Shown here: positions 26,511-41,751 of the stretch, piece by piece
Layout: the number at the start of each line of letters is the position of its first letter
How positions within the stretch are numbered: the first letter of the stretch is position 1
Notes under the pieces: model-generated
What the model saw: only the letters and a program-made list of their open reading frames with translations
The model's database searches: none
Told to the model about the DNA's origin: nothing
Made by a program: the position numbers and the translations under genes
DNA from: Sphagnum compactum
Lineage: Eukaryota
Length of the DNA: 64,000 nucleotides
NCBI GenBank assembly: GCA_965153455.1
Contig: OZ234494.1
Coordinates: 11,036,001 to 11,100,000 of the forward strand
Reading direction: 5' to 3'

Positions 26511-27309
26511 ACCCTCCAGATACACTAAAACATTTCTGCCTATGTGAATTGTATCATGTAGATCTCATTCCTAGTTTACTCATTGATGAAACAAGGTCAC
26601 CCAATACACTGTAAGTGCTCTTGAGAAGACATACCTTGTACGTTCTCAAGATTATATGTAGGAATATGTGCAGTCCCCAACTCTGCATCTGCCCTAAGCC
26701 GCAAAATGGAGGCTAAAGTTAAAATGTAAAGGCTAAACCTAAATTGTGACAACTAGAATTAATAGCTTGCCAATGAAACTATAAAACATTGAGAAAGGGT
26801 TCGTAGTTGGGGGTCACTTTGCATGACACTTCTTTATACTAGGTGGGCAGAACCAAGTACCCAGTAACTAAACATTTCTTTGAATTTGAAAGGCAATGCC
26901 TCATGCCTCATTTGATCATTCTACAATTATAAAATTTTGAATGCTATAGTTCTAAAGCTTTGAGTGGTGCTCATAGGTTCTTGAGTGCATTGACATTTTA
27001 GTGTTCAGAAAGGTGAAGCTTTACAAGAAGTTGTCCCATGCTAGAAAAGTTCTACTAGGGTGGATGCTCTTGTAATGTTCATCATCCTAAGTTTATTTAT
27101 CTCCTCTATTTCCATGTAACTTTTGTTTGTCTTTCTTGAAAAGTTATAGTTGAAACTTGAAGTTTCTTATGTTTGTAATTTGTTTGAACCTCAACCATTT
27201 TTTTCCCAAGTTTTGTTTTGCAGCTTACTTTAATTCAGTATTCATATTTGTTTCTTCTTGCGCAGGACAAAGGTATAAACTATGTACTACAGAGGTCACG
27301 ACTCACAAC

Positions 27310-27595
27310 TAGTGTTTTTTTTTCAAATTCATTAAGTAGGTGCACTGGCTAGGATCCTCAGCATTAATTAACAGTAAATGGCGACTGTCCTGGTGTACTA
27401 GTAGATCTTTTTTGGAATCTGCCTAGTTTTGGCTACCTACAGGAACACACTGTTTAAATCTGACGACTTCTAAGTTTTTTTTGGTCAAGATATGGCGAAT
27501 TCTTTTTTTAAATCTCAAAAATCCCTTTGTTGGATTCCCCAGCCCTTTTTTTTGGTCGCCAGGTTGCGAAAATTCGCCAAAAGAAAAAAACACTG
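27310..27595. mobile_element. hAT-type MITE
   Basis: TIRs TAGTGTTTTTTT / AAAAAAACACTG. 8-bp TSD CTCACAAC (27302-27309) vs CTCGCAAC (27596-27603). Confidence 0.75.
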
Positions 27596-27689
27596 CTCGC
27601 AACAGGTGTATTATTTATCTGCTATCCACAATCATGTTTGGAGCAATTTACTTTAAAGTTTTCAAGGCTCCGGTTCTACTACCGTCACC

Positions 27690-28200
27690 GTATTTATTTA
27701 TTTCTTTTTCTGTTTCAATCTTTCGTTTTGTTCTTTCTCTTAACTTAACTCATAACTTATTTCCTTTGTATTGTTCTAGGGATCGTTCAAGTTTCCTTTT
27801 TACCCCTTTTAAAACTGTTTTATTTAACTTTTTCCTGTTTCGTTTTTTCTATTTTTTCCCTTCCTGTTTTAGCATATAGCTTTTCTTTTTTTGCATTTTT
27901 CTAGAGTTATTTCAGGATATTCTTCTTCCTATTTAAAAAAGGATGAATTTTGGTTTGTCTGTTTTCTTTTTTTTCCTGTTTTCTCTGTTTTGTTTTATCT
28001 TTTTTTTGGTATCTATTTACTGTTTCTAGTTTGTCTTTTTCCCCCTTTGATCTTGTTTCTACTTTCTGTGTTTCTCCTCTATTTAATTTCTGTGTTTTTT
28101 ATTCTGTTCTCTATTTTTGTATTCTGTTCTTTGGGAACTTTTATTTTCTTGTTCTATGTTATATTTTATTTTCCGCTTTTTTTCTTTTTTATAAAATATC
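27690..28200. repeat. T-rich low-complexity tract
   Basis: Strongly T-skewed; gives spurious Phe/Leu-rich ORFs. Confidence 0.8.
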
Positions 28201-30304
28201 TTATAACATTGTTAATGGAAATTATACATCTGTTGTAACTAGGGTGAAGGAACGTTTTCCAGGATCCGGTAGTATTGAAGTTTGTTTTAGTATGCCAGGT
28301 GGGGTGTCTTGCATCAGTGAGGACTGTTGTACAATGTCCAAATTATCCCAAGAAAGAGAAACCGGGAAAGGATAATGGGAACATGTGAACTGAGAAAAAA
28401 AAGAATATCTATTTTAAGCAACTTTTAGGTAGGAATAATATTTCTAAAAATTTGATAAGTGCGTTGCAAAAAAAGTTCTTTGGATGTGGGATCTAGGGTC
28501 TTTTTTTCTCAATTTTGTGACGTAAGGCAAATAGGTCATAAAGGAAAGTAGATTTGTTTAGGAACCTGTGGTGACATGCTACAATCAATGGTCTAAATCT
28601 AGCCATTTCAACCTTTTTTTCCTCCACATATGGTGAGTTTGGGCCATTTTAACAAAAAACAAAAAGACCTTTGTAAGTTTGGGGCTCCAATTTTTTTGTT
28701 GCCAAGTGGTGGAATGTCAGTTCCACCAAGAAAAGCACTTCTGGAATCCCTTTTCAAAATTGCAAGAACACATTAAAGTTATCCTTAATATTCTACCTTG
28801 TTTGGGTCGGCCTTTATGCCTTGTTTTTCTTTGTCTCATGGCTTCTTTGTGGTCATCCTTAAAATCTCTCAACTCAAGGATGAACATCCCAAACAACGGA
28901 TGAAACCCCAGAACAAAACCCATGGCATCAACTTGGTTGGTGCCCAGGTTAGAGTCACTCTCCACAAGCTTCTCCTCAGACAGAAGCACTAAAGCTTTCG
29001 TTTTCACTAGAAGCTCACTTCCACTAGAAAGTTGAAACACACAAAACTTTTGCTTCGATTAGAAACACATGAGCCAAGCCTTGCTTTCAAATCTAGAAAT
29101 TGCAAAGAATTGCAAAACTTTGAAGTAATGTACAAAAGCAAAGCAGCTCCAAAATCTGGAAATTCCAAAGAGTAGAATTGTGGAATAGTAGAAACACAAC
29201 AACAAAAAATGTGCACAAAAGTATAACACAAAACCTGGACCTGGCTGCAAATCAAACACACACATACACACTCGCATTGAAGACCTAGAAGTTGCTTTAA
29301 GTCTGAAGACATTGGAGAACACACATACACATACGTTGGAAATTACAAGAACCTTGATGAAATTGGCCTTGAAAAAATTGAAGCTTGAGCTACACACAAA
29401 ATTCCAAACCTTGGAGAACACACACACTTAGAAGCTAGAAATTGCTAGAAATTTCATGAACCTTGCAAAGATTGGGAGCTTGAGCTACTTTTGAAATATT
29501 ACACACATTTTGTGAACCTCGAAGAAATCAAAGCTTGCTACACAAAAACCTTTCCAAAAATTTTGTGAACTTTCAAGAAATCAGCCTTGAAAACATCAGA
29601 GCTTGAGCTACTTACGAAATTTCATAGGTTGCAAAAAGACTTTGCCAAACCCTTGCTGGAAACACAAGGAAATCACAGCACAAGAATAAAATACAAAGAA
29701 ACCTTTTACCACACTCGCTGGAAATTGTAGCTTGTAAAGAGACTTTGCTTCTTCAAAAATCCCATCAGTAATGCAAAGATACAAGGGGTGAAATTCGTTT
29801 CACACTTTCAGGTGGAAAATAAGGGTTTCCTTTGCTATAAAAAATGTTTTCATGCCTTGTGATACTTGAACATTTGACATCAAGTCACTTGGCCCTTATA
29901 CAGATAACTTTATTATTTTCAAAACATGGTTGCAATTTGATAATGTGATTTATGGGCTTCTTATATTCCACTTGGATCAGAAAAAATTCATACTTGTGCA
30001 ATTCACGATTAATTTCTTACAACTTCATGAGATCCATTGGTGTAGGACTGCAGATTCAAACATTAAACTCTTTTTCAAAAGATGCAGGAAAGCACATAGG
30101 GGTAAAGGTTCCAAATGGGTGGTCCCTTCCGCCTTCGGGACACCACCTCACTAGCATCTTATTACGAGTTCACACTTTCTGTGCAATTCGCCATTGGTCT
30201 CTTACAATTTTGTAGTAAACTTACAGTCTGTAAAAAGATTGTAAGTTTCCTCTCTTTGGAAAAAAGAGATGGACCCTATAAGCAAAATTTAAAGTAGGGT
30301 AAGG

Positions 30305-30420
30305 CACTAGGACGAGGGCATTACCAGAAGAAGGAGGGGTTGTGTGAGGACGAGGGCATTACCGAAAGCAGGACCATGCTCAGCTGCCATGAGGACAAGC
30401 CATTACCAGAAGCAGGATCA
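30305..30420. repeat. Three short direct repeats (AGGACGAGGGCATTACCAGAAG)
   Basis: Copies at about 30309, 30347 and 30392. Confidence 0.7.
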
Positions 30421-33400
30421 CTCAGTTGCCACCACACGCAACCCACTTCTTCAGCCCCTACCCCTTCTTGCTGGGGTAGAATTTGGATTTAGAACCTGCC
30501 CTCCCCTAATTCAATAGAATTTTCTTGGCAGGTCTTTACTTGGTTCTTTAGCAGAAGGGTTCCAAATGGGACTTTTGAGATGCCCGCTCTGGAAAGCATC
30601 CATTCGGGGCCAGGCTTCTCTTATAGGAGTCAAACTTGTTCGGGATCATGTAGCACATGGTGGAGTGGAATGTTAGATAAACAGGCTTCTGCGGCTTGCT
30701 CCACCTTTCACACTGTAATAAACAAGAAGGAAGTATTGAAAGAGGCTCAGAAGCTCAGTGACTGAAACGTAATATGTTACGGACTCAGGTGTTTTGAGAA
30801 AATCATGATGATACATGTGACAAGCTTGTGGACCAGGAGTACCTCGATCGTCTGCGGCCCTACATCCCCAACCCTTTTTTTTCTGACAGCTGGAGATCTC
30901 TTGTGTTTCAACCTGATCACTAATTTGCAACGACCTCGTTGTCCAATCGCGTTCCAAATCAATCAACTTCGAGCTGCCGGCTCCCGGCAGTTGGATTATA
31001 ATTCATTGTTTAATATTCTAAAGCGCGTCGGTATGCTGTATCTAGTGATCTGGATGCAATTTCAAGTCTTTGCTTCAATATCCAGATCAAAAGAGTCAGA
31101 CATTTAAGCCCTGTGATACGATTCACAAGCACATGGGAAGCACATGCGGGCACGAGGAAGAAATCGAACTTCCGCTATGCAGCCTCCCGGAGCCTAGACT
31201 CAATCCTATATATAATATTGTCTAAAATTTCGATCTGGTAGACTAGTAGCCTGGGCAATTCACTTTCGATTTGTTGTTGAGGAGGATTTTTTCGTTCAGG
31301 GGTCTTTCAGATGTGTAATTGACCAGATCCTGTCCACGAGGTCGGCTATCTCTGTGACGAGGAGCCTTGTGGCGTTAGTATCTTCGTGTGTAATGAGAAC
31401 TGAGCTCCTCCTCGACAAAAGAAAGGGATCGCAAGAGTAGAAAGGGATATACCCATTCACATGCGATTTCCTTCATGACCCCGATTCAAAACTGCGCTTG
31501 TTCTAGAATAGCAGATTGTCTGAAAGTTTCAAGTTGCGTATCTTGTCAATTCTGGACTTCGAGATGATCAGAGTTTAATGCACGTGTAGATTGTGGCTCC
31601 CTAAGAGGTGATGCACCCTTGTCTCCTACTGCATCCTTCCAGTTTCTGCACAAAGTTAAACCAAAGATCAACCTCAACTGGTCAATGGTTTAAGGTGCAG
31701 GAGTCCACTGACAAAGCTCCTCAATTATGTAGCTGAAAGTTGTGTTGGCTTTCCACTGTACGTGGACTCTAAAGGTTTCTTCCTCAGGACAGACTGGTTC
31801 CCCTAGTACAATATCCGGTAAGATTTCTCTAAATATTCAAATATAAGGATGATGTGATAGAGAGAGAGATGCACATGCAATATTTTTTTGTTGTCACCCG
31901 ATTGAGAAATAAAGGAAACAGTTCTAAAACATGACAGGCTCTAACTTTTGGTGAGAGATTTTCATAAAGTTATGTCTTTCTTTTAGAACATGAAAGGTTA
32001 TAACTTTTTGTGAGAGATTTTCTTAAAGTGTTGTCTTTCTTAATCTGAATGTTCAATTATCATTCAACACCATCCCTTAATGAAAATATTTAGAATTAGT
32101 CTATTGAATGTCTAAGTTCAATTGCATGACAACATATGTCATGGTTAGGCTTTGAAAGCGACTTTGTGAGGACATAAGCTCACATGTTTTCAATTGAACA
32201 TTTTAAAAAAAATTCAAGATTCTTATTCCCATCTTTTCTAGAAGAAAACAATATCAAATTTCAATATGTTGGGTGCCATCTTAGAATCAAGGATTTAAAG
32301 TCAAAGCAATACAAAATTGATTATCACAATGAAGTGATAAGTGAAGTATTATATATATATATATATATATATTCTATAGAGGAAAGAACAAGTATTGCTT
32401 GTTTTATACTTTGCCATTATATCTCCCACCCCACCAAGTAAGAAGACATACTTGAAGGACAATTTACCAAACTTGAGGTCTTCAACCCAATTGGCATCTA
32501 TCCTATCCAACCTTGAGAAAATTCTTGCTTGGCACTTGGGTGAAAGCACGATTAGGTGGACAGTTTCAACTATCACAATTGTATTTTTTTTGGATTATAG
32601 ATGAACTTAAAATTTAAAATCATATCAAACATTAAAATTTTCCATTTTTTCATTATCCATGTTACAATAGATTTTAGTGAGAATCGTATTAAAAATTAAA
32701 AAAGAATGGACTCATTGTGGACTTTTGAATTGATGACATTATATTTGTCACACATAGAAAATGAAAAATGTGAACTCAAAAAATATGTCATAGTAATATC
32801 AAAATTTAAATTAAAAAATAGGCTAGCATAAAATGAATAATTTAATTGTAACATGCATTGAAATTTTTCCAATATAATTGTTTTTCATATTTAAAATTTA
32901 ATTTGTTGTGATTTTCATCATTTTTAAAAATTGATATTCCATTTCACATTGAAATTTTTAACTTTTTTTCTAAATTTCTTGATCAATCACATGTTTAGGG
33001 ATATTTATAAGGTGGTCTATTAATAGTTGTGACCAAAACCATAGGGGACAATTATAGGATTTATAGTTTGATAATTATTTTAAATACAGGAATTGTAGCT
33101 AGTGTAAGATGTGGACTCTTCAATATGTCAAATGTGAGTCACCTAACCATGTTTTTACCCACTTGTAGGATAAGAAATGCCCCAAGTATTAAAACATTCG
33201 TTTCAAATATTGAAAAATTCATTTGATAGCAGCCCAATACAAGGGATTAAGATTGACCATGAATTGAGCATACCATATTGACCAACAATATATGCAATGT
33301 CCAATTGAATGGGTGAAAACATTGTAAAATATATAATTAAATGTCCTTGATTTATAATGGAATAAAACATGAAACAATTTTTAACAAAAACACAAGAAAA

Positions 33401-36400
33401 TAGATTCAAATTTTATTTAAATTTCATTTTGAAACCATGATGCTTTTCATTAGGTTTGTATTAAGTTGAATACAAAAATTTGAAAAATTTTGAAATATTA
33501 AAAGTAAAGAACAAATACTTTTGAATTTGACTAATCAATATGGTGTTCAAAAGTACTTTTTCATTAAAAAATTTAATGAATTCATTAAAAAATTTAATGA
33601 AATAGATTTGTGTGAAGTGATAACATTAAGATCATTGTATATTCAAAGGAAGGAAAATAAATAAATAAATTTTGCTTTCTCTTTTATAGAATATATTTGA
33701 CACATATTTGAAAAAAATAGGCTTCAAAAACTACTTACATTTAGTAAAGTCTACAAACCTACTTTTACAATGTAAAATTTGAAAATTAATTCATGATAAT
33801 GAAAAAATATCTTGTTTTTTATCAATTAAGTAAAAATATTAAATGTATAATAATTTTATGATGGGTTTTGGTCCTACTTCTTATTACCTTGATAAATAGA
33901 CTTCTAAGGTAATTAAATTGTACACTTTACCATGCTTTCACCTGAATACTAGTGTTTTATGAACAATAGTTGCATATGAAATATAAAGGGAAGCGTCATT
34001 TTTTTTGTACAAAAAGTTTGAAATTGATTGCATCATTTTATGCATTCCTTTTGCATTCATTTATAAAGAAATGTAATGTGGACAATTGAACATAAATCGG
34101 TCAAGGGTGCATTATTTCTTTAAGGAGCCACTTTTTGCATAATGATTACTTAGGTTTGTAACTATTATAACTTCAAAATTTATGTAATAAAAAAATACTA
34201 CATTTTGTTTGCATTTCCATGATTGTTACATAGTAGGTTGTTAAACCCCAAAATATAAGATGATGATGGTAAAATTAGAGGATGCAACAACATTAAAATG
34301 TGCTTATAATGTTTGTTTTTTGTCTTAAGTGAGTGTTTAATTGACCATTATAATGAGGAAATCATCCAATTTAGATCAACTTTTGTTGTATTATATGTAT
34401 GTTTGATATAATTTATGTCAAAAACCATCAACTTGCATGTTTACAAAGATTTTTGAATTTGAATCTACTTTGATATTTATTAATTTATAATTAAAGCAAT
34501 AAATCAATTTTAAAAATAAATAAATGCATGGATTCTTTCATTAAATAATACATAATCAATATACGAATATATGGGACATGTGTATGTTATATATATAAAT
34601 TAAACACTTGTACAAATAATTTAATAAATATTTAAACATGTAAAATAATTTTTAAAAATTGAAACCTAAATCTATAACCTAAATTTAGGTAGTATTGCAT
34701 CCAGACCGTCAGTTTCACATATCTTGAAAAGTAGTTAATCTAAACCGTTAATGTGTGCCTTTGAAAAAAGTAATACATTTAAACCATTGATTAAGCGCAT
34801 GAAAATGTTTCCCCTTATACCATTTGGTGAAAATGGTGCCACCCATCGTGAAACAAGTTACACAATGCAAACTGTCATTGAAACAAAGCTTCATTTTGAA
34901 ATTTTCTATTGAGCATGTCCAAAACTTTGTAGGTGAACAACAATGGTTTAGTTAAATGCAATGGGATTTTGAAGATTTTATGTTCTCTTTTAATTATTTT
35001 CAAATTGTTGAGGTTGGCAGCATTGAGGTTGTTTTATAAGTCTTCTTCACACCACCAAATAGTCCAACAAATCTAAAACCCACAATTATTGAACCAACCC
35101 CTTCAACATTGCATCGCCACTACACACCATCAAGATCTAAAAGGTTGTTAAACTTGCATAAAAAGATTGTTGAGGAATTGCTTGATCCTTAACTTGTTGG
35201 TCGTCCCGCTCGGCAATGTAGTCCTATTTCTGAACCCTATTCAGTTCTTGTTCTTGCAAATTCAAGATGGAAACTTTCAAAGTCTGCAATGCCTACTAGA
35301 CCTAAGGTGTTAGGAAAGACAATGTTACCTAGCAATCAAGCATCGTCTTCAAGCCATAATGTTTGTTGAATTAACCTACCAATGTTTTCAAAGATTTGGT
35401 GATGATTCTTTCTAACCTTTGTTGTCCAATATGCTCAAAAGTTATGTGCATCATCTTAAGGTGTATTTGCACTAAGGATCATGACCTAATTATGCCATGA
35501 ACAAACAAATGTGATGTCCATTGAAAAGATTTTGACATCAAAAGGAGTAGCTATTCAATGGGAATCTATCCAGGAAAAATGAAGAACTACCATTAGGGAA
35601 TGGGTGAAAAGGTGTAAGGCTTGCAGAGTAACAACAATAACAACAGAGGAGGAAGTTGCCAATCATGAGTGTGAAGAGTCGAATTTTGTAAGGTTAGAGT
35701 TGGATCGTCATGTTAGGTCAGATGCACCCACACACTACTTGGAGTTTACATTAAAAAAAATCTTGTCCATTCCAACCATATGGTTACAACTATAGATGTG
35801 ACTAATGTCCAAATCAACTACTTTTACAACTATAGTTTGGTTAGTCCTATGTGTGATTTTAGTTGTAAATGCGTGTAATCATATATGCAACTATTATAGT
35901 CACAAATGCGACTATAATGTTGATATAATTGAATGAAGTTGCAAATGCAACCATAATTTGTGATTATTACGTGTTTGGATGGAAAAATAAAATGAAAGTG
36001 CACATTTTTCACCCAATATTGTGACTGGATGAAAACCTAATTGTTTTTGCAACTGGTCATAGTTGTTTTGGCAACTAAGGCCAATAATTTTTCGATTTAT
36101 AATATTTTGATGATTAAAACATATGTGGCATCTTTGGAATTACAATATTTGTTTGATGATCAACTTGTGTCTATTTGTTTATTAGTATTTTGTATTGTTT
36201 ATTAACATTGACAATACAAATTATTATATTTTTATTAAATATATTTGAGTTATGATCTATTTATAAATATTATATATGATGATAATTTAATTATATATGC
36301 TACATGTAAATTAAATTTTATTGGTAAAATTATAACATATTATTATCATAATCAAATATGATATCTTTTTTATATCAAATAGAGGTAAAATGTCTAAAAA

Positions 36401-37199
36401 CTATGTCATTTATTTGATAATAGAACTTGTACCATAATTTGAATAAGTTCATGGCAAGACACCAAACATAATGAAATTCAACTTTAATACTCCAATTATT
36501 AAATATAATTAGTTTTTAAAAACCACCATTATGTGTACATTGTAATTTAAATTGTATCCAATTGTATTATGTGTTATTTGGGAACTATATTTTGTGATAA
36601 GGTATTTACAATATTTTGTGTATGCTGTTTGTATTAATTACATTATAGTTGTAATATAATCTCAGTTAGTTGTAAGTATGGTCGCTAGATATATTTTTCA
36701 TTACAAGGTTATTTATGTATGTTATTAATGTCATTTCACATGTGACATGATGATATAATGACATAATAGTTTTTAAATGCAAACAAGGTGGAATGAAAAA
36801 AATGTGTCTTGTTCCACTTCAACGGAATATATATTGAAGTTCTCAAACTTGAAATAAAATTCATTTTGTGACCTAAATGACAATATTTGATTGTTGGTTC
36901 ATTATTTTTATCATGACCATTTGTATGGGAAGAATAAGTTTTTTGCGCCAACTAACTTGGGCATTATAAATATAAGCAAATTTTATTTCATTAGAAATAA
37001 ACATCTTTAAAAATGTTCTAATAATGTATTTTTCAACCTTGAAGCTAATATAATTTTGTCAATTTCATGTCAAGTTTACCAATATTGATGGAATGCACTT
37101 TTGCATTATGTATTGAACATTGCACATTTGTAATGTGTGCATGCAAAGTTTGAATTGTACATGATGGTGAAAAATGGTGACATGGCATCACAATACTTG

Positions 37200-39600
37200 C
37201 AAAGTTGTTAAAATGTGTCATAACAGTTTTACATTAATTGCATTTTGTAGGCATTATGTCCACAACCAAATATTATTGTCAAATTTATTAGTTGATAAAA
37301 TGTACCAAAATCTATTCCAAAATAGTAATTTTAATCACGAAATGTTTTATTGGTTACAGAATAGCCTAATTCTTTTCAAATCAAAATTGGTTGTAAGTTA
37401 GTATCATGGATATTTTCGGAAGTTGCAATGCAAACATTTCATTCATAATGATGAATATTAGTCACATAAATGCCATGATGGAATGGGTTCAATTTTCCCA
37501 CCAATTTAATGTGTCATTTGATCCACATGAGCACCATTCCAACATTTAGTTCAATATTTTTCTACTAATTTGACATGACACTAAAGGTTTTAACTTAAAC
37601 ATGTAGTTGCAATCGAGTTGCAAAATTTTGGTGATGCTAGAGTTTATGTGGCATGCTAACTATGGTGCCACATCATGTTCATTGGGATTGATGCAATTTG
37701 TGTATGCATCTTCTATTGAAAAATAGGGGTATTTGTTAATGTCAAATAAAGCTAGAAGTCTTAATTGCAAATGTACTTACAAAACGTGAATTTTTAACTA
37801 GTGATATTTTTGGGCAATATTGCAAAAGGATCTTTTATAATGACTAGGTGACATTTTAAGTTTGTTTTAACAAATGTGTTTCACACCTAGTAATCTGAAT
37901 AGACAATGCCCATGGTTATTATGAGTTCCATGTCTAGGAATCAACATTGCAATTCAATAGAAAGTTGAAATGTTACCTTATCTATTATGCTTACACATTT
38001 TCCAAGTTCTATTCCCACATGGTTCTAGAAAAACAAGATCCATTTTCCTTATATGCTAATATTTAGCATGCACAACCATGCCAATTTAGAATCCATAAAT
38101 GAAGTGCACATGTTAGGGCAACCAAAATTTGAATAGCCCACATTGCTAGCAAAGCCTCATTCTAAATGTCATGTTGTCAAAAATAACAAACACATGATCC
38201 TTGAATGTGTTTTTAGTTGCATCGATGTAACACCATATATCAACCTAGACTAATTGTTTCATGGCCTCAACAAAATTCACAACATAGATGTTTCATGCAT
38301 TCGCTATTTTGAGCCAACCATACAATAATTCAAGCAAGGGCATGAAGTAATGGAACTCAAACAAAATTTGAACATTGAGCAATGTCACATGGAAGCCAAT
38401 CATTTGCCCACATTTACATGATGAAGGGTTCATACTTTGCCTACACCTTATAAGCCTAGGATAAATGACTTCCATTTTTTTCCAAATGACATGAAAAAAA
38501 ATTGAAATGCACATTATTGAAGATAATTAAATTTTACTTAAATGTAAATTGGGTGTTTAAATTTTCATTATGAAAATTTACTTATGATATATTTTAAATA
38601 TTTTCAATTAAAAATATTATTTCATAATATATATTTCATAACATATTTTTAAAACCCTTTATTTCATAAATGATACAAAGAGTAATTTCCCTAACTCTTA
38701 ACAAGAAAAAACATTAACAACCAACAAGTTTTCATGTTACAAAGGATCTTTAATGCCTTCAAATCAAACAATGTAACAAATTTTTCAAGTTCAAAAAAAT
38801 TCTTGTTAGATTGAAAAAATAAATTATTTCACTCTAGTTAACAACTTTGCTATGTTGTCAACTGGTGACTAGGTGCATAAAGTTTTCATTGTTAAGTTGG
38901 ACCTATGTGCATCGCAATGCATAGGCATAAAAATTCATAACAAAAAACCATATGTGTGATTTGAACGATGATTCCATTACACACATTAGTTAACGTAAAC
39001 CTTTTGTTAGTTCTAAATGACTCTTTAACTTTTGGCATGTTTCTTGTTCATCCACACCACTAGAATTTAAAAAAGATTAGGCACAACAAAACTTGGGCCA
39101 TATTTGTTGCAATAACATGTATTTTCACATTTTCAACAGTTAACAAAATGGGTATTTGCTTCCACTTTTCAAGCACATATATGCATGGATTGATTTAACT
39201 ATTGTTGTTGATTATAGACATTCATGAATGAAAATGAACCTATTAGCAAATCTATTTCATTTTTGACCCTGTGCCAAACAAGGTCATAATCATGGATAAC
39301 CCAAACAAATCGCTCTAATGTTTCTTTTGGGGAAGTTGCATAAATATTTTAGAAATGCAAACAAATCTTTCAAGCTTTCATACTTTGCCATTAACTAACC
39401 TTGATGTAACACATGAAAATTGGTTGTCTTGTGCCTATCATCTCCTTCAATGCCCACATACACCTACTAGACCTATTGGAACATTGATTGAGATTGGGAA
39501 GCTCAAGCTTTTGCGTATGTTTAATATGATATTAATGTCCAATATCCATTCTAATCATAATAGACATTGCTAGTTCCATGTGACTTTTATGGTGCCTATT
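37200..39600 (-). mobile_element. Highly decayed hAT transposase (ZNF862/KIAA1586-like type)
   Basis: MHCDAHRSNL (CxxH, ~38921-38892), MPLLELLYGWLKIANA*NIYVVNFVEAMKQ, and ELQC*FLDMELII..GIVYSDY. Boundaries vague. Confidence 0.55.
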
Positions 39601-41751
39601 TGGGGATTGCAATCATAAATACATGATTAAATTAGATCAAATATTGATATAAATTGTGAGAATTTGTCGACATGCAAGACATGATGTAATTTAAGTAATT
39701 AAATACATGATAGTTTAATCCATATTTAATTTGTAATTAATTAATTAGGAAATTAAAATCATGGTGAAATTAAATTTAACTATAAAATGTGTGAAAATAC
39801 ATAAGTACCTTACTGTTGTTAAAGACATTAAATTGAAATTCCTAAAATATTTAAGAAATTAATACAATCTATTTCCATTTTAATAATTTAAAAATCAAAA
39901 AATTAAGTGTTAATATCAAATTAAAGACAAATGAAATCAAATTTCACATATAAACTAAAGATGGCTATGAAACTAAAAACATTTCACTTAATTACAACTT
40001 TTAGATTTGAATTTATGGCCCAACTCAAGATATTTAAATTTGATTTGATTTTTGACAATTAAAAATTAAAGTTTTAAGTAAAAGTGATAAAATTAAAATT
40101 AATTTATTGTTTTTACAATTTGAAATTAGAGATGTAATTAATGTCATCAATGTTAAACATTAATATTTACCATGCTTGATTGTGCATACTTATGATTAGT
40201 TCCCATCAAAAGTCCAAAATAATGATAACCTTGAACATAACCTATCATTATCTATTTCAATATGCCCTAATCACTACTTGTTTTTGTAAGCTCCAAAGTG
40301 ATCATTGTTGGGTATGTAAAGTTTGTTGAACATGATGAATATGAAATTCACGTTCAAAATTCAATGAGACAACAAAGTATAAATCTTTGTGAATAGGTAT
40401 GTGCATTAATGCCAAACATATACTTTCTTAATTATCTTAGGTAATGGAGGTTGCAATTAATGAGAGTCTTAAAGTCCTCCCAATAACCAACCACTTAACA
40501 CATTCTTGCAATTATGGGTTGCCCCTAAACCCTAAACCATTTTTGGCCAAAATTCCTTGTGAAAGCTCCATTGTAGGTTCCATGAATTGTAGGTTCCTTC
40601 ATCAACCAAATAAATGACCTATTTTTCATTTATTCAAACTTTGATCTTGAGAAAACTGATGTGGATTCAATGATCAATGGATGACACAATTTGGAATTAA
40701 ATGAAAATTCTAATTAATGGACCTAAAAAAATCAATTGAATGCTAGATTCAAATCTGAGATAGTCATAAAAATACATAATATATATATAAATGGGAATGG
40801 GGTGTTCCCAACTGTATGCATGTGATTTTTTCATGTTCCCACAAGTGCCCAATGGTTATTTATTATGTTCTCAATTTTCTTCTCAAGTTCTCAATGATTT
40901 GGCAATAGGAGCATACTTTATCTTAATATGTTTCACCCAAAGTCCTCATGTTGTGAACTATAACGACTGAGAAAAGGACTACATTATGTAAATTTATTAC
41001 CATAATCATCATTTTTTTCCTTGACAAATAATGATGATTATGGTATATACAATTTTTTTTGAAGGTAATTTTTTTTGTCATGTCACATAGTTATTTGTGA
41101 TGGTTATAAACTACTTCTTTGAATTTGCTACGTGTTAATATGAGTTGGAATATTGTGTTAGGATGATTAGGTATTTGTGTGTCTTGACATTGAAGTGCAT
41201 GTAAAATTATCACAGATCAAGATTATATATATTTATACATAACCACATTTTTTAATGATCTTTTTCTCCAAATCAAAACCTCGTGAAAAAGAATTCTTCA
41301 CAAAACAAATCTCATGTGTACATTAAAAATATTTTGATTAACAAATTATCATATCCTATGACCTCACAATTATACATTAAGTTCTTTTACAAATCTACAT
41401 CATTTTTGTAAGTCTCCAAGTTGAAGACTCAAAATATTTTTCTTAGTTTCCCCACTATTACAAGCTAAAATTTCCATTCTAAAAGCATCCCTAAGGGTGT
41501 TTAGTATGTGAACATACAAACACATTTCTCACATTCAAATTTAGTTGCTTATTTTTTGCAACCTCACCCATAAAACATAAAACTGAAATTGAGATTTCAA
41601 ATAGGTGAGAGACTATTAATAGCGAACCACATGGACCAATCATTGTGATTGGCCAATTAAAAAAAGGGTGGAGCAATCAAATCATATTTATTATGCTCTT
41701 CTTTGGCAAGTGCACAACTTTATTGCTCCTTTTACCAACCTAAGCAAATTG

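Noticed and set aside
27481-28375. Phe/Leu-rich 'membrane protein' ORFs
   Set aside because: Artefact of the T-rich low-complexity tract and the MITE.
32349-33409. Protein-like fragments on the minus strand
   Set aside because: Possibly a decayed TE ORF, but there is no motif I can name.
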